A stretch of DNA of 64,000 bases from Guillardia theta CCMP2712. Its lineage: Eukaryota > Protista > Cryptophyta. The stretch lies in assembly GCF_000315625.1 (NCBI RefSeq), contig NW_005434592.1, positions 239,225-303,224 of the forward strand. Reading direction: 5' to 3'. The notes beneath the pieces are model-generated. The model was given only the letters and a program-made list of their open reading frames with translations. It searched no databases and had not been told where the DNA came from. Made by a program: the position numbers and the translations under genes. Positions 11,994 through 24,244 of the stretch are shown one piece after another; positions within the stretch are counted from its first letter, which is position 1; every line of letters starts with the position of its first letter.

Positions 11994-14900
11994 TCAGTCA
12001 CTGTCATCAAACATGTCTACTTCGGAGTCCTCCGAGTCAATCACGTACGTCTTGGCTGCCGCCGCTGCCCTACGGGGCGCGCGATCCCCAGCGCGGGAAG
12101 GAGCAGAGACCTTGGTGATCTCCTCATCAAAGAACTCATCGTCGCTGTCCTCGTCCTTGGCCTTGCGAGCCTTAGGAGGAGCTTTCTGCTTGACCTCTTT
12201 CTGCTTGACCTCTTTCTGCTTCACCTCCTCCTTCATGGTCTCCTTCTGCTTGACCTCCTTGGGCTTTGCCGCCTCAGCCTTCTTCGCTGGCTTCTTCTTC
12301 GGCTTTGGCTAAGCAAGCAGTCAGAAGGAGGGAAGTGAGACAGAGAACGACAGGTGAAGGAGGGGACTGAGAATGAAAGGCAGGAGAACAGGAGACAACA
12401 AACGAGGAGGAGGAGGAGGAGGAGGAAGAGGAGGAGAAGGATCAGACCTCGTCATCGCTGTCCGAGATCTCAAAGTCCTCATCGTCCTTGGCTTTCTTGC
12501 TGCTCTTGGCTGGAGCTTTCTTCTGGGTCGGACGCGCCGCAACCTTCGGGTCGAAGTCGCTTTCCTCATCACTCTCGTCCTTATAGCTCTTGACAGGCCC
12601 TCTACTGGGCTTCTTCTGGACCTCCTCCTCGCTCTCTGCCTCGCTCTCCTCCTCGCTTGTCTCGACCTTCTTGACCTGCTGCAGGGGCACGTCAGATCTG
12701 GCTCCTCCTCCTCCTCCTCCTCCTCCTGACCTTCTTCACAGGCTTCGCTGCAGGGGCTGCGACCTTCTTGTCCGTCATCTTGGCAGCCAGTCGCTCCATG
12801 AGGGAGAGGGCAGGAACATCTTCGTCCTCGTCCTCGTCCAGGACCTTGGGCCTCTGGGCCAGCATGGCCGACTTGTCGGGCGTGTCCTTGAGGTCCTGCT
12901 TCTTCATCTGCCGCGGCTTCTCCTCCTCTGACCCTGCGCGCTTCAGCTGCGGCTTGGAGGCGGCAGCCTTGAAGGCCGGGAGGGAGGCGGAGGAGGCTGG
13001 AGCAGGAGCCTTGGGAGCAGGGGCAGAGGAGGCCGCAGGCTTGGCCTGGGGCTTCTTGGGTTTGGAGGCAGCAGCGAACTCCTCGTCGCTATCGTCGTCA
13101 AGGGAGACGTCGCTGTCGTCCTCGCTCATGCTGTCGCCGCCCCAAGACTTCCTCCTCTTCTTGGCCGCCTTCTTCTTGAGGACCTTCTTGCTGCCCTGGC
13201 TCGCCTTCACCTTGGGCCCCTTCTCCTTCATCTTCTTCTCTTCCTCCTGCTCAATCCTCTCGTACTCCTCCAGGAACGAGTCGAGGTCTCGCTCCCAGAG
13301 GTCCGCGGGCGTCAGCTTGTTCAGCTCCTCCAACTCGTTGGCCTTCCCGTCCCGCTCCTCCTGCAGGTGCTTCACCCGCTCTAGCGTCAGGCTCAGGATG
13401 GGCATATTGAGCAGGTAGTCGTATCCTCCGCTGCTCCCCTTGCCCTCTTGCTGCTCCTGCTCCTGCGCCTCCCCCTCCTGCTCCTCCCCCTCAGCAGCCT
13501 TCTTCTTCCCCTCCTTATAGAGAGGCATGTACCCCCGCGCGGACAGGTCCTGCACGATCTCCGTCTTCTTCCTGTTGTTAACCTTGAGGGTCCCGGCGAT
13601 GACCTCCTTGATGAACCGGCACTTGTTGTCCAGCACCTTGAGCTGCTTGCCCAGCTCGCCCTCCAGTTGCTCCTTCCTCTGCCTGTAGTGCTCCATCCTG
13701 ACCCCGTAGAACTCCCTCATGATCTGCTCGGGCGAGTCGTAGCGCTGGATCTGCCCGTCGGCGTTGAACAAGTGCATGTTGGAGATGGCGAGGCTCCTGC
13801 TCAGCTGGAACTTCTTCGCTATCCCCACCTCCTCGGCCTCCTCCATCCTCTTCTCTGTCATCGACACCTCAAAGTAGACCGTCGTGTCCGTGTGGTACTC
13901 CCGGTACCCCTTGATGAAGGGCTCCTTCTTACCCCCCTCGGTGTCCATCAGCGTCTCCAGGAACTCCTTGTACTGCTGCGTCCACTTGCCGACCGGCAGC
14001 TCGTTGATCACCAGGGTTGTCTCGTCCACCTTCTCCCACTTCCCCACTAGCGTGTACGACACCTCCCCCTTCTTGCTCACGTTCAGCTCGACGCTCCCCT
14101 GGAAGCCGCGGAACCACGGGTGCATCGGCTCCATGACCTCCTGCCGCAGCAGCCGCTTCAGGTTGCTCACCACGTCCCTCGGGTTGTAGCAGGGCACGTC
14201 CGTGCTCCACCCCGTCCCGATCCCGTGGGCCCCGTTGACGAGGACGGTGGGCAGGATGGGCACGTAGAACTGCGGCTCGATGCTCTGCCCGTCATCGTTG
14301 AGGTACTTGAGGATGGCGTCGTCGGCCTCGTGGAAGAGGAAGCGGGTGATGGGGTGCAGGTACGTGAAGATGTAGCGAGGGCTTGCAGCGTCCGCCCCAC
14401 CCTGCAGCCTCGTGCCAAACTGACCGGAGGGGACGAGGACGTTGACGTTGTTGCTACCCACAAAGTTCTGCGCCATTCCCACTATCGCCATCGCCAGCGA
14501 CTGCTCCCCGTGATGGTATGCGCTGTGCTCGGCCACGTAGCCGGCCAGCTGCGCGACCTTGATCTCGGCCTTGAGCTTCCTCTTGAAGCAGGCGTAGAGG
14601 ATCTTCCTCTGCCCAGGCTTCCAGCCGTCCACGAGCGAGGGGATGGAGCGCATGTTGTCCATCATGGAGAAGTGAATGAGCTCCTTGTTGATGAAGTCCG
14701 AGTAGGTCACCTCCGACCCGTTGTGGTCCACAAACAGGTCCTCCTCGTACCTCAGCAGCCACTGCTTACGGTCGTCAGCTCGCTTCTTGCTGAACACCAT
14801 GTCGATAATCTCTCCATCTTCCGCTCCCTCCCACGCGAAGTCCATCTGATGGAGCGGCAGATTGGAGAAGTACTCCTTGGCTTCCTGGGAGGAGGAGGTA

Positions 14901-16967
14901 CCTAGACCCTTGTAGTACTTGATCGTCCAGCCGCCCAAGCCGTCCCCGACCTGCTCCCTCCACTCCTCGTACTCCTGGAGGGTGAAGAAGGCGATCTCGT
15001 TCTTCCCCCCTCCCTTCTTCTTCGCCTTCACGATCGGCGTCGCAAACTCTTGCAGGAACCCAGGGTGTCGCAGCAGGTTCGGCCAGTAGTAGTGGAACAG
15101 GTTGATCAGCAACCCCTTGATGTGCGAACCGTCAGGGTCCTGATCCGCCATGATCATCACGTGCCCGTAGCGCAGCCCCTGCGGGCCGTTCTCGTACTTG
15201 TTGCCCTGCTGGAGCCCGAGGATCGTCTTCAGGTTCTTGATCTCCTCGTTCTTCATGATCTGCTCGTGGTTCGCATCCCTGGGGTTCGCCACCTTTCCTC
15301 GCAGGGGGAACACGCCGTACCTGTTCCTCCCCACCACTGCCAGCCCGCTGACCGCCAGGGCCTTGGCGGAGTCTCCCTCCGTAAGGATGAGCGTGCAGTC
15401 GGCCGCGTGCTTCGTCCCGGCGTCGTTGGCATCCTCGAGCTTCGGGATGCCCACGATCCTTCCAGTCTTCTTCCCGTCCGTCTTCTTCATATCCTTCTCC
15501 TGCTTCTCCTGCCCGAAGCTCAGGATGCCGTCGATGATTTTGGTCCCGTTGAGCATCTTCTTGAAGAACTTGTCGTCGAACTCAGCCTTGGACCCGAAGG
15601 CCGAGGGCTTCAGCGTCAGCGTCTCCTTGGTCTGCGAGTCAAAGGCCGGGTTCTCGATGAGAGAGTTGAGGAAGATCCACATGTGGCCCTTGATCTGGAA
15701 GGGCTTCAGCTTCAGCCCCTTGTGCTTCTTGCCCAGGTGGTCCGAGAACATCTGCAGGAGGCGAGACAGTCAGGTTGACGGCAGCGAGAGGAGGGAGAGG
15801 AGGCGGGAGAAAGAAGGATAGAAGGGGCAGGGAAGAAAAGAAGTTGGAGAGGAGAAGGAGAAAAGGGGAAAAAGAAGGAAGTCGAGTGGAAGTCTGAAGC
15901 GGCCCGAGGCTCACCTGGACCAGCTGGTCGGCCACATGGTTCACATGCGAACCTCCTCGTGTGGTAGCGATGTTGTTGACGAAGGACACTTGCTGGAACT
16001 GCCCGTCGCTCGCTGCTATCACCATCTCCCACCTGTCGTTGGGCTTGTAGTGGACGTACTTGGCCTCGCCCTCGAGGAGCACCGACGAGGAGGAGAGGTA
16101 GAGCTTGCAGTAGTCTTCGAAGGTCTTGATCTTGATGCGCTGGTCCTTGAGGAAGACCTTGACGCCGGGGATGGTTCCAGCCATGTCGTACACGCGCTTC
16201 TTCATGAGAGCAACCGTGTCCACATCAAGGTGCACCATTCCGAACTTGGAGAGGTCAGGCTTGAAGGTGATGCAAGTCCAGTTGTCGCTCTCCTTGCACT
16301 CTTTCACTGTTGCCTTGGTCTTGTTCTGCATGTTGTCCGTCCATGTCTGCTTGTACTTTCTCCCCGACCTGGATCCATCGGCAGTCTCAACTGTGAACTC
16401 AGTGCTGAAGATATTGGCCAACTTTGCTCCGTAACCGTTCCTTCCTCCTGTGGTCTTCTTCTCCTTGTCGTTGTAGTTGCTGCTCGTGAGGAGGTGGCCG
16501 AAGATGAGCTCTGGTACCCAGCAGTTCTCCTCCTTATGCATCTCCACAGGGATGCCACAGCCGTTGTTGTAGACAGAGATGCTCGACTCTTCCGGGTCGA
16601 TCACAACCTTGAGCGTGTCCATAGTCTTATCCCTCTGCTTGTTGTCTGCAGCGTTCACCAGGATTTCATCAAAGATCTTGAAGAGGCCAGGAACGTACGT
16701 GACCTCGCGCTGATTCATTCCGATCTCTTCATCGAACACCCACAACTTGGTCCTGTGCATCTCAGTAGATCCGATGTAGGTGTCAGGACGAAGGAGGACG
16801 TGTTCAAGCTGTGTGAGCTTCTGGTAGGTCTCTTCAACGGTCTTTGACTTCTTTGAGGTTGTCGAGACATTCTCTTTGTCTTGGAAGAAATCATCTGAGT
16901 CGGGCATCGCACTCTTGGCGGAAGCAGCCTTCTTGAGGGGCTTGTTGGTCTTCTCAACAAACGCCAT
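11994..16967 (-). CDS. TOP2: DNA topoisomerase II, 4 exons, about 1538 aa
   Basis: YQKLTQLEHVLLRPDTYIGS, FKIFDEILVNAADN, GGRNGYGAKL, LILTEGDSA, PLRGK, IMADQDPDGSHIKGL, KYYKGLGTS, DGWKPGQRK, YHHGE, ASPRY (catalytic Tyr). Introns at 15752-15914, 12676-12730 and 12309-12447 keep the frame. Confidence 0.98.
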
Positions 16968-17164
16968 GGTAAACTTGTCTGCTTGCTACAACTACAACTG
17001 AACTTCTGCAGGGACGAAGCAGGTCAATTCGAGTGAGGACAGGACCCAGTGAGCAGGAGCTGGGTCAGAGAAATTAGTGCGGGAAGGAGGAAGGGGGAGG
17101 GAAGAGAGGGAGGGGGGAGAATCAACGTGCAAGGAAGCAGGAAAAATTTAAAAAGGCGTGCTGC

Positions 17165-17465
17165 GGTAGAGGGGTGGACACTTGTGAAAAGGGCTGGGAG
17201 ATAGGGGTGGGGGTACTACCAGAGTACGAGCAATATGGTATGGGGGGTAGGGCTGCATTTCCCCCACTCGGCTATTAGGAAATTTGAGGGTGCTGTCCAC
17301 CATCGACCTCCGACATGCCCAGGGGTCACCCAAAAAGGGACCCGGATTATACTATGATTTGGTAGCCCAGGTAGAGCCGGGACTGGGACGAAAAAACAAC
17401 CGTTGGCAAATTTAAAATCGTCGGTCTTACGGGCCCGGCCGGGCCGGCCGGGCCCGGCCGCACTG
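17165..17465. promoter_or_regulatory. Composite GGGGTA tract plus short GC palindrome block between divergent TOP2 and SAXO-like genes
   Basis: ggggtgggggtactacc, ggggggtaggg, then cgggcccggccgggccggccgggcccggccg including the perfect 16-bp palindrome CGGCCGGGCCCGGCCG (17445-17460). Confidence 0.45.
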
Positions 17466-17823
17466 CCAAGGAGTTATTAGTGATATCACTGGTTGGAAGG
17501 ATTTCTGTAACCGTCCAGTGAGCATGGAAGCGAGGGGAAGGAGAAAAGAAAGGCGAAGAGCGGAAGTGAAGGAAGAGGAGGAAACGATCCGAATGAGGAT
17601 CTGAATGTAGAACCGAGTTTCGAAGAGATCAGCTGGTACACATAGACACGGAGAAGTTTCGTGGGTGAGGAAATCATGGTCATATTCAGTCGCTCGCATG
17701 CAAGCAAACTTTTCATCCTTCTAGGAGTGGGCGTGAGTGCATGGAGTGCTACAGATATGAATAGTTTGCGTAGTGATGTGCTGTTGTCTCACCTTGATCA
17801 CCCTACTCACGGCCAACAACAGG

Positions 17824-19503
17824 ATGTCTACACCATCTTCGGTTCAACCTCGTCGAGTGATGAGCTTTGAAGAGGTGATTTTGAGTTCTTGAATGCGAGC
17901 ATGGTATGATTGAGACTTGTATCTCAGGCCATGGAGAACGCAGCCAAGAATCCTCGCAGACAAGGATGCACTAAGTACAATGTGGAGGTTTGGCTGCTGC
18001 CCTACACTACATAGTTGGAATAACGATTGGCCGAGACAGGTTTACCTGCAGCTGCCGCTAGAGGGACAGAGCCACTACAAGGAAGCGTTCCAGTCGCCTT
18101 CCATAGACTTTGTTGTCCTTCAACCGCACGCTCTCTGCTCTCCTAACGCCTTGTTACAGTTCAAGTCCGCTGGAGTCCCCCCGGGCCCGAGCATTAGCGA
18201 GGTCAGGCCCAGTCAGGCGAGCTGTGCAACTCATAGCTCGCTCCCAGCTGACGAGGCCTTGACTCCAGTCGATCCCTTTCGTCGGCGAGAGTCACAGCAA
18301 GAGCACTTTCGCCGCTCCTCCTCAGGAAGCGTACGGTTCTCCCGCGCCCACGTCCTCTCCCAACTACCTACACACTCCTACTCGAAGTAGCCTCCTCCTC
18401 CTGTCCGCGCGCTGGGGTTGATTTTGACGTTCAGAGCTGCCATTCGAAGGGCAATCTCACTACAAGGAGACTTTCGTCTGCCATCCATCGCAGCAGGGGG
18501 GGGAGGAGGAGGCAAGGAGCTCTAGATCCCCGAGCTCCTACCCCTCCCCTCCCAAGATCCCTTTCCAAGGGTCCAGCAGCACGCACGAGCAGTATAAAGC
18601 GCCGCCGGTCAGAAACTTTTTCGGTGCGAGAGAAGAAAGACTCAGTGAGTTGCCTTCACAGAGATCTGCATACTTCCAGGATTGTCAGAGAAACCCTGGC
18701 GGCTATGACATCCAGCCCATCTCACCTTCTATCCCGTAAGTCTCTGCCTACCTCTGCCTGCCTTCTGTTTGTTTGCGCACCCTACAAGCTTTCTCATCCT
18801 TGCTCGATGTTGCTCACCTTCAGCAAGCTTTTTCACTCAGCTGACCCGCTGGAAAGGTTCACAGGACGGACAACGAACCAGGAGATGTACCAGCCGTATG
18901 ACATTCCAAGAGCGACAGGACCGTCACGAGAAGAAGTTTCCTTCTCTCCTTCGGAATACCGACTTGTTCCCGACAACCGTGACTTCAAAACAAGCAACAA
19001 AGAACAGTTAGTGTTGCGTGCATGACTTGTTTCTCAGCTGAGCTGACAGTCGCAGTTACGCCTACTATCCACCTGAAACGCACCCACCCCATGAAATTGC
19101 AAGGAAAATTCGGTGGGAGGAGTCTCTTTACTGAGATGAGGTCTTAACCTTGCAATGTCAGCATCGTCATCAGCCGAAATGCTACTGTCGGAGATCTACA
19201 AGAAGCACTTCAAAAGCAAACTCAGATTCCCATTCATGCTCAGGTGTGAATTAGGATTAGGAGGAAGTAACAGGAGGACGAGGAGGACGAGGACGAGGAC
19301 GAGGAGGCTTTTTCACTGAAAGAATCGCTGAATATTGCTGTAGAGCTTGATACGGGACAGCACGGGACAGGTTCTGGAAGACAAGAACCTTCTGCTTGTT
19401 GATAATCTGTCAGTCTTTCCTTTCCCGTCTCGAAAGCTTTCAGCCTGATTATGTTTGCAGGAATTGGAAGAGCGGCGAGTTCTTGACAATGACGGTAACT
19501 TAG
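17824..19503 (+). CDS. SAXO/STOP (Mn-motif) repeat protein with C-terminal ubiquitin-like domain, multi-exon
   Basis: Repeats LPLEGQSHYKEAF, IPFVGESHSKSTF, LPFEGQSHYKETF, IPFQGSSSTHEQY, RFTGRTTNQEMY, RDFKTSNKE. C-terminus VISRNATVGDLQEALQKQTQIPIHAQ|SLIRDSTGQVLEDKNLLLVDNL|NWKSGEFLTMTVT* aligns with ubiquitin. Confidence 0.7.
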
Positions 19504-19589
19504 AACTTGTGGTTCTTCTATCTTTACAAAACAAACAAAAGGTTTCAAAAAAGTCGAGACAAGAGTGATTACAAAAGCATATTACATGT

Positions 19590-20754
19590 CTACCAGTTCA
19601 AAATCCTGAGGAGTGTATCACCGTCAGCAACCTTCCTGCCTCTGTAGGCACCGTTCACGGCTCCAAGAACATCCTCGTACTGCTTCTTGGGAAGCAACCA
19701 TAGCTTCTGCGATGACTCATTAGTGACCCAGGCCGGGTCCACAATCTGCCACCATCATCACTCGAGGTCTCTTGCAAAGCTCTTCCTCACTGTGTGATAT
19801 CGGCCTGCGGTATGCCTGATAGAATCCGAATGTTCGACCAACGTAGCCAGCGAGGCAAACATCTAAGCCACCTTGTTAGACAGCGCTGGCCTTGCCCCTG
19901 CTGGTTGGAAGGAAAGAGATGGGTGGCCGAGGGGAGACGAGACAAGCAAGCTCATAACAACGAACAGTGAAGAGTAGCAAGACAAGTGCGGAGGTACCAC
20001 GAGTAGATGAAACAAGACTTGAAAGACGGGATAACAAGATTGAGCCCTGCTCGTGTTTGGCCGAAACAGAGAATTGAGATGAAGATGCGAAGAGAATAGT
20101 GAAAGTGAAGGTGGAGGGGAGGATCTCTTCTTCTTCCACACATCTTTCATCTCTTCTTCTTCTACACATCTTTCATCTCTTCTTCTTCTACACGTCTTTC
20201 ATCTCTTCTTCTTCTACACATCTTTCATCTCTTCTTCTTCTACCGGTTTCGTTCGTGTTCTTTTCATCGCAAATGTCGCAGGTCATTGCCGCTTTTAGTT
20301 AGGACTACCCTACCCTCAAACCTATCCTTGCTTTTTAACTTCAGGGTGGGGTGGGGACAACAGGAGACAACTGGTAAGCAAGCAACAACTAAGATCACAA
20401 GGAGTTGATAAAGAGACATGTTACCTTCATCCAAGACAAGCTGCTCAACGGTCCTCATCTCAACCCCAAGCAATGTTGCTTTCCTTTACTCTCACTCGTA
20501 GCAAAGGACAGGCTCGATTACTGATACATGGCGGCAAATGCCGCTTTGCCCTCGCCCTCCCTTGCAACTTGCAGGGATGAGCTGTGGCTGGAATACACTG
20601 CATACAATCTAGTACAAGATGACTGACACCTTGTGGCACTGTGGTGCCAACTGACGTAGAGGCGTTCAAAGTTGTCGCAATGGCAGGTTGAGCCGAAGAC
20701 ACACTGCCCGTGGCTGCTGTCTTGAGCCTCAGACGGGACTTCAAGTCTGCTCAT
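19590..20754 (-). CDS. Hypothetical multi-exon protein
   Basis: Coding-like exon pieces (MSRLEVPSEAQD..., LGVEMRTVEQLVLDEGNMSLYQLL, IVDPAWVTNESSQKLWLLPKKQYEDVLG...ILNW*) bounded by GT/AG sites. Full splicing not resolved. Confidence 0.4.
20125..20243. repeat. 26-bp tandem repeat (CATCTTTCATCTCTTCTTCTTCTACA) x about 4.5
   Basis: Direct inspection. Confidence 0.9.
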
Positions 20755-20787
20755 CACGGTTCGCTGGTAGCGCGGGTACCATGAGGT

Positions 20788-23521
20788 TCACATGGGGCCT
20801 GGCGTTGCCCGCACATGAGGTGTCTCTGGCTCAGCCAACGGCTCCAGGCTGCTGTCGCTCTCTCGCAGGTCGGGATAGGTGGGAGAGTGAGAGCCGCTGT
20901 CGCTTTCGAAGCGAACCTCCCGCACGACCTCAAGGGGCTGAAACTTGGAGTGCGAGTCTTGCACGCACGACGAGATGATCCCCAACTCCATCTGAATGGA
21001 TACGAACTGCTCCGACCTGTCTCGCTGCTCGTCAGCGATGGCGAGAGGACTGAGATGCTCACCTTCTCCTTGCAGGGGCTTTATGCTCTCGTTTCAACCA
21101 TGTTCCCAATATCTTTGAGAACATTCCATCCCCAGCGACTACCTCGGGCTCATTGCCATCCTCGTCAAGCGTCAGGGTATGGTCATGGCTGGAAGGCTTC
21201 AACTTAGGCCAAGGAACTAGCTCACGCCTCAAGCCCTTCTTTCGCTTGTACCGTCCGACAGCGTTGGGCGTCCTTTGCCCCTCGCCGTCTTCCTCAGAGA
21301 AGGAGCCTTCTCCGCTCTCATCCTCCTCCTCATTCTCATCCTCGAGCTCAGCAGACATTCCACAGCCTGCTTCAAGTTCGCCTCCCTCGTCCTGGTGGGT
21401 AGCTGAAAGGTCTTCAACCCCTCGTCCAATCTCATGCGCATCGGCTCGACCTTCAGGCTTGCACGAGGAGTCGCCGCGCGTCATACCGGGTTGGCTCTTG
21501 GGCGAGGCTTTTCCCGCCTGTGCCTTTTGCTGGCTCCTTCTCAGAGCTATCAGAACGACTGCTACCACCACGAGCCCAGCTGCCGCTCCCACCACCCCAT
21601 ACAAGGCCGTGCCTCCGAAGCCGTTATGCGGTGTTGCAGTCGCGTTGCAGTTCTTAATTCCTTGATCCACTTGTATGACTCCGGAGGGCCAGGAGTTGTA
21701 GTAGCATGGGATCGGGTTGCTCAAGAGCGACACATGAACAAGCTGTGGCATGTTGGCAAAAGCGTCCGAAGAGATGTTGGAAATCAAATTGTTCTGCAGG
21801 TAAAGATACTTCAAACTAGTCAGGCTTTCAATGCCAGGAGGCAAGCTTGTGAACTTGTTGTTGGAGAGATCGAGAGTCGTGAGGCTTCTGAGAGTAGCAA
21901 AGAAACCAGGAGGAAGGCTCGCAAGCTGATTCGAAGAGAGGCTGAGATCTTCCAAGCTCGAGAGGTTTGTGAAGGTTCCAGCAGGCAGGCTCTGCAATTT
22001 GTTGGAAGACAAATCCAGATTCTTTAGGTTGGTCAAGCTCAAGACACCATCAGGAATGCTTGCCAGCTGGTTTCCAGAGAGATGTAGCGTCGTCAAGCCT
22101 TTCAGACTTGAAATTCCTACGGGGAGACTGACCAAGTAGTTGCGGGAGAGATCGAGAAACGTGAGGGTTTGAAGGCTTGAAAAGAAATTGGCTGGAATAC
22201 TTGCCAGCTTGTTGGATGAAAGATCCAAGGTCGCCAAGCGCTTCATGCTCAAGATCTCAACGGGAACAGTAGTGAGCTGAAGGGAGGCTAGCTTCAAAGT
22301 CCCCAATCCTGTCAGCTGGCTGAGAAATCCATAAGATAGCTCTGAAAACTTGTTGGCAGAGAGGTCGAGATACGTCAGAGTCATGAGATTGGTGAACGTG
22401 CCAGAAGGGAGGCTGGTAAGCTCGTTCGAAGATAGATCCAAGCTCGTCAAGCTCATCATGTTGGAAAAGAACCCTGTAGGTATCGTAGTCAGCTGGTTCC
22501 CCGAGAGCTTCAGAGTAGTGAGAGTGGTCAGGGTCGAGATGTCAGCAGGTATGGCCTTCAACTGATTGGAGGAGAGATCCAGTGTCTTGAGGCTGTTCAA
22601 CGTAGAAAAGAAACCGGCAGAAAAACTAGCGAGCTGGTTGGAGGCCAAAGAAAGCGAGTCCAAGATGATGAGGTTAGCAAATAGTCCAGCAGGCAGGCTG
22701 GTCAACTTGTTGGACGACAAATCCAGTCTCTGCAGGCTGTTTAAGCCTGAAAAAAATCCAGAAGGTATCGCGGTCAGTTGGTTCCCAGATGCATATAAGA
22801 ATATCAAGCTTCTTATGCTCAATATCCCAGAAGGGAGGCTGGTAAGCTCGTTCGAAGATAGATCCAAGCTCGTCAAGCTCATCATGTTGGAAAAGAACCC
22901 TGTAGGTATCGTAGTCAGCTGGTTCCCCGAGAGCTTCAGAGTAGTGAGAGTGGTCAAGGTCGAGATGTCAGCAGGTATGGCCTTCAACTGATTGGAGGAG
23001 AGATCCATTTGCTCAAGACGCTGAAGGTTTGTGAAGGTCCCCGTTGGAAAACTAGCGAGCTGGTTGGAGGACAGGGATAAAGTTGTGAGGCTGGTAAGGG
23101 CATCGAAGGCTCCGGGAGGGATGCTGGTGAGCAAATTCACTGAGAGGTCCAGTTGTGTCAAGAATATCAGCTTGTCGAAACTTCCACCAGGTATGCTAGT
23201 CAGCCGATTCGACGCAAGATGCAAGAAGCGTAAGCGGGTGAGACTTGATATCTCAGCTGGAAAAGTAGCTATCTTGTTCGTGGAGAGATCCAGAGATTGC
23301 AAGCTTGTTAAATTATTCAAGACTCCTGCTGGAACAAGGTATGCATTTGAGTTGGAGATTTGGAGGTTGATACAGCTATATGCGCAGTTTCCTTGTCTTG
23401 TGACAACCCCAGAGTTTGATACTGAGAAAGAGCATCCTCCACAGCTCACTGATTCCCCGTTTGCCCTTAGAACAAGGCATGCTAGACTGAGCGCGAACAG
23501 CATCACGTCGTTTGCCATCAT
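20788..23521 (-). CDS. Type-I membrane leucine-rich-repeat receptor-like protein, 2 exons, about 895 aa
   Basis: Signal peptide (MMANDVMLFALSLACLVLRANG), Cys N-cap, about 23 LRRs (LxxLDLSSNxLxxLPxGxF), C-cap NPIPC, TM helix (LYGVVGAAAGLVVVAVVLIAL-RR), acidic cytoplasmic tail. A 46-nt intron at 21017-21062 joins it to the last exon ending ...ATPGPM*. Confidence 0.9.
22401..23007. repeat. 181-bp intragenic direct repeat (22401-22581 and 22827-23007), one mismatch
   Basis: Both copies encode the identical 60-aa DLSSNQLKAIPADIST...LDLSSNELTSLPSG; offset 426 bp. Confidence 0.92.
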
Positions 23522-24244
23522 GGCAGGACCTCTGAGAGGAGAAGTTGAAGCCTGCTGGACCGACAAGACCCTGTGGAGACAAACAGGGTGAGACAAGATG
23601 GTTAGATGGCAAGTATTATCATTGCAAAGTAAGATTGCTATGGATTCGGACAAGCTAAGCTGAAGGGGAAGTCAACATCAATTGCCTAGTTGGGTTGCCA
23701 GAACATGAAACATCAGAGCAAGCAGATAACGATTACGAGCCAGCATAGGATGAGTTGAAAAGAAAACAGACGAGGATTGTGTGTATGTCAGACGTTGTTG
23801 GAGGACAAGAGGAGTCAAGGTGTCAGCATGGGTGAGCAGGAGCATTGAGGCCCTCAGAGTACAGGTTCAAACACGGGGTGGAGAGCATGTACGCCGATGA
23901 AGAGGGCACCAGGAGAGAACTGGACAAGACTAACAAGAATTGAGGTGAATCAAAACCAAGACACCAATAGGAGGCAAGAGTAAGAAAGCTTGCAAAGAGA
24001 GAGAACAGCAAGAGGAGTAAGAGGAGCAATAACCTCAAGACCGGCAAGGAGAGGGACAAGGAACCAAGGATAAACAGAAATTCCCATATAGGGAACGACG
24101 GAGGAGAGAAGCAGGAGGAGCAACAAGGGTATGCGCAAGACGAGGAGAGAAGAGCAGGCTGCTTAGCGCAGGTGCCTTGAAGGTGAGTGAGCAAGCAGCT
24201 CTGCGGTAGGTGACTAGTAGGTCGTGCATGCATGAAGGAACAGG

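Noticed and set aside
12768-16847. Long plus-strand ORFs (200-300 aa) opposite TOP2
   Set aside because: Antisense shadows caused by high GC3 codon usage; no motifs.
23823-24233. Hydrophobic 136-aa ORF resembling a membrane protein
   Set aside because: Arises from a C/T-rich strand upstream of the LRR gene; no family motif or convincing exon structure.
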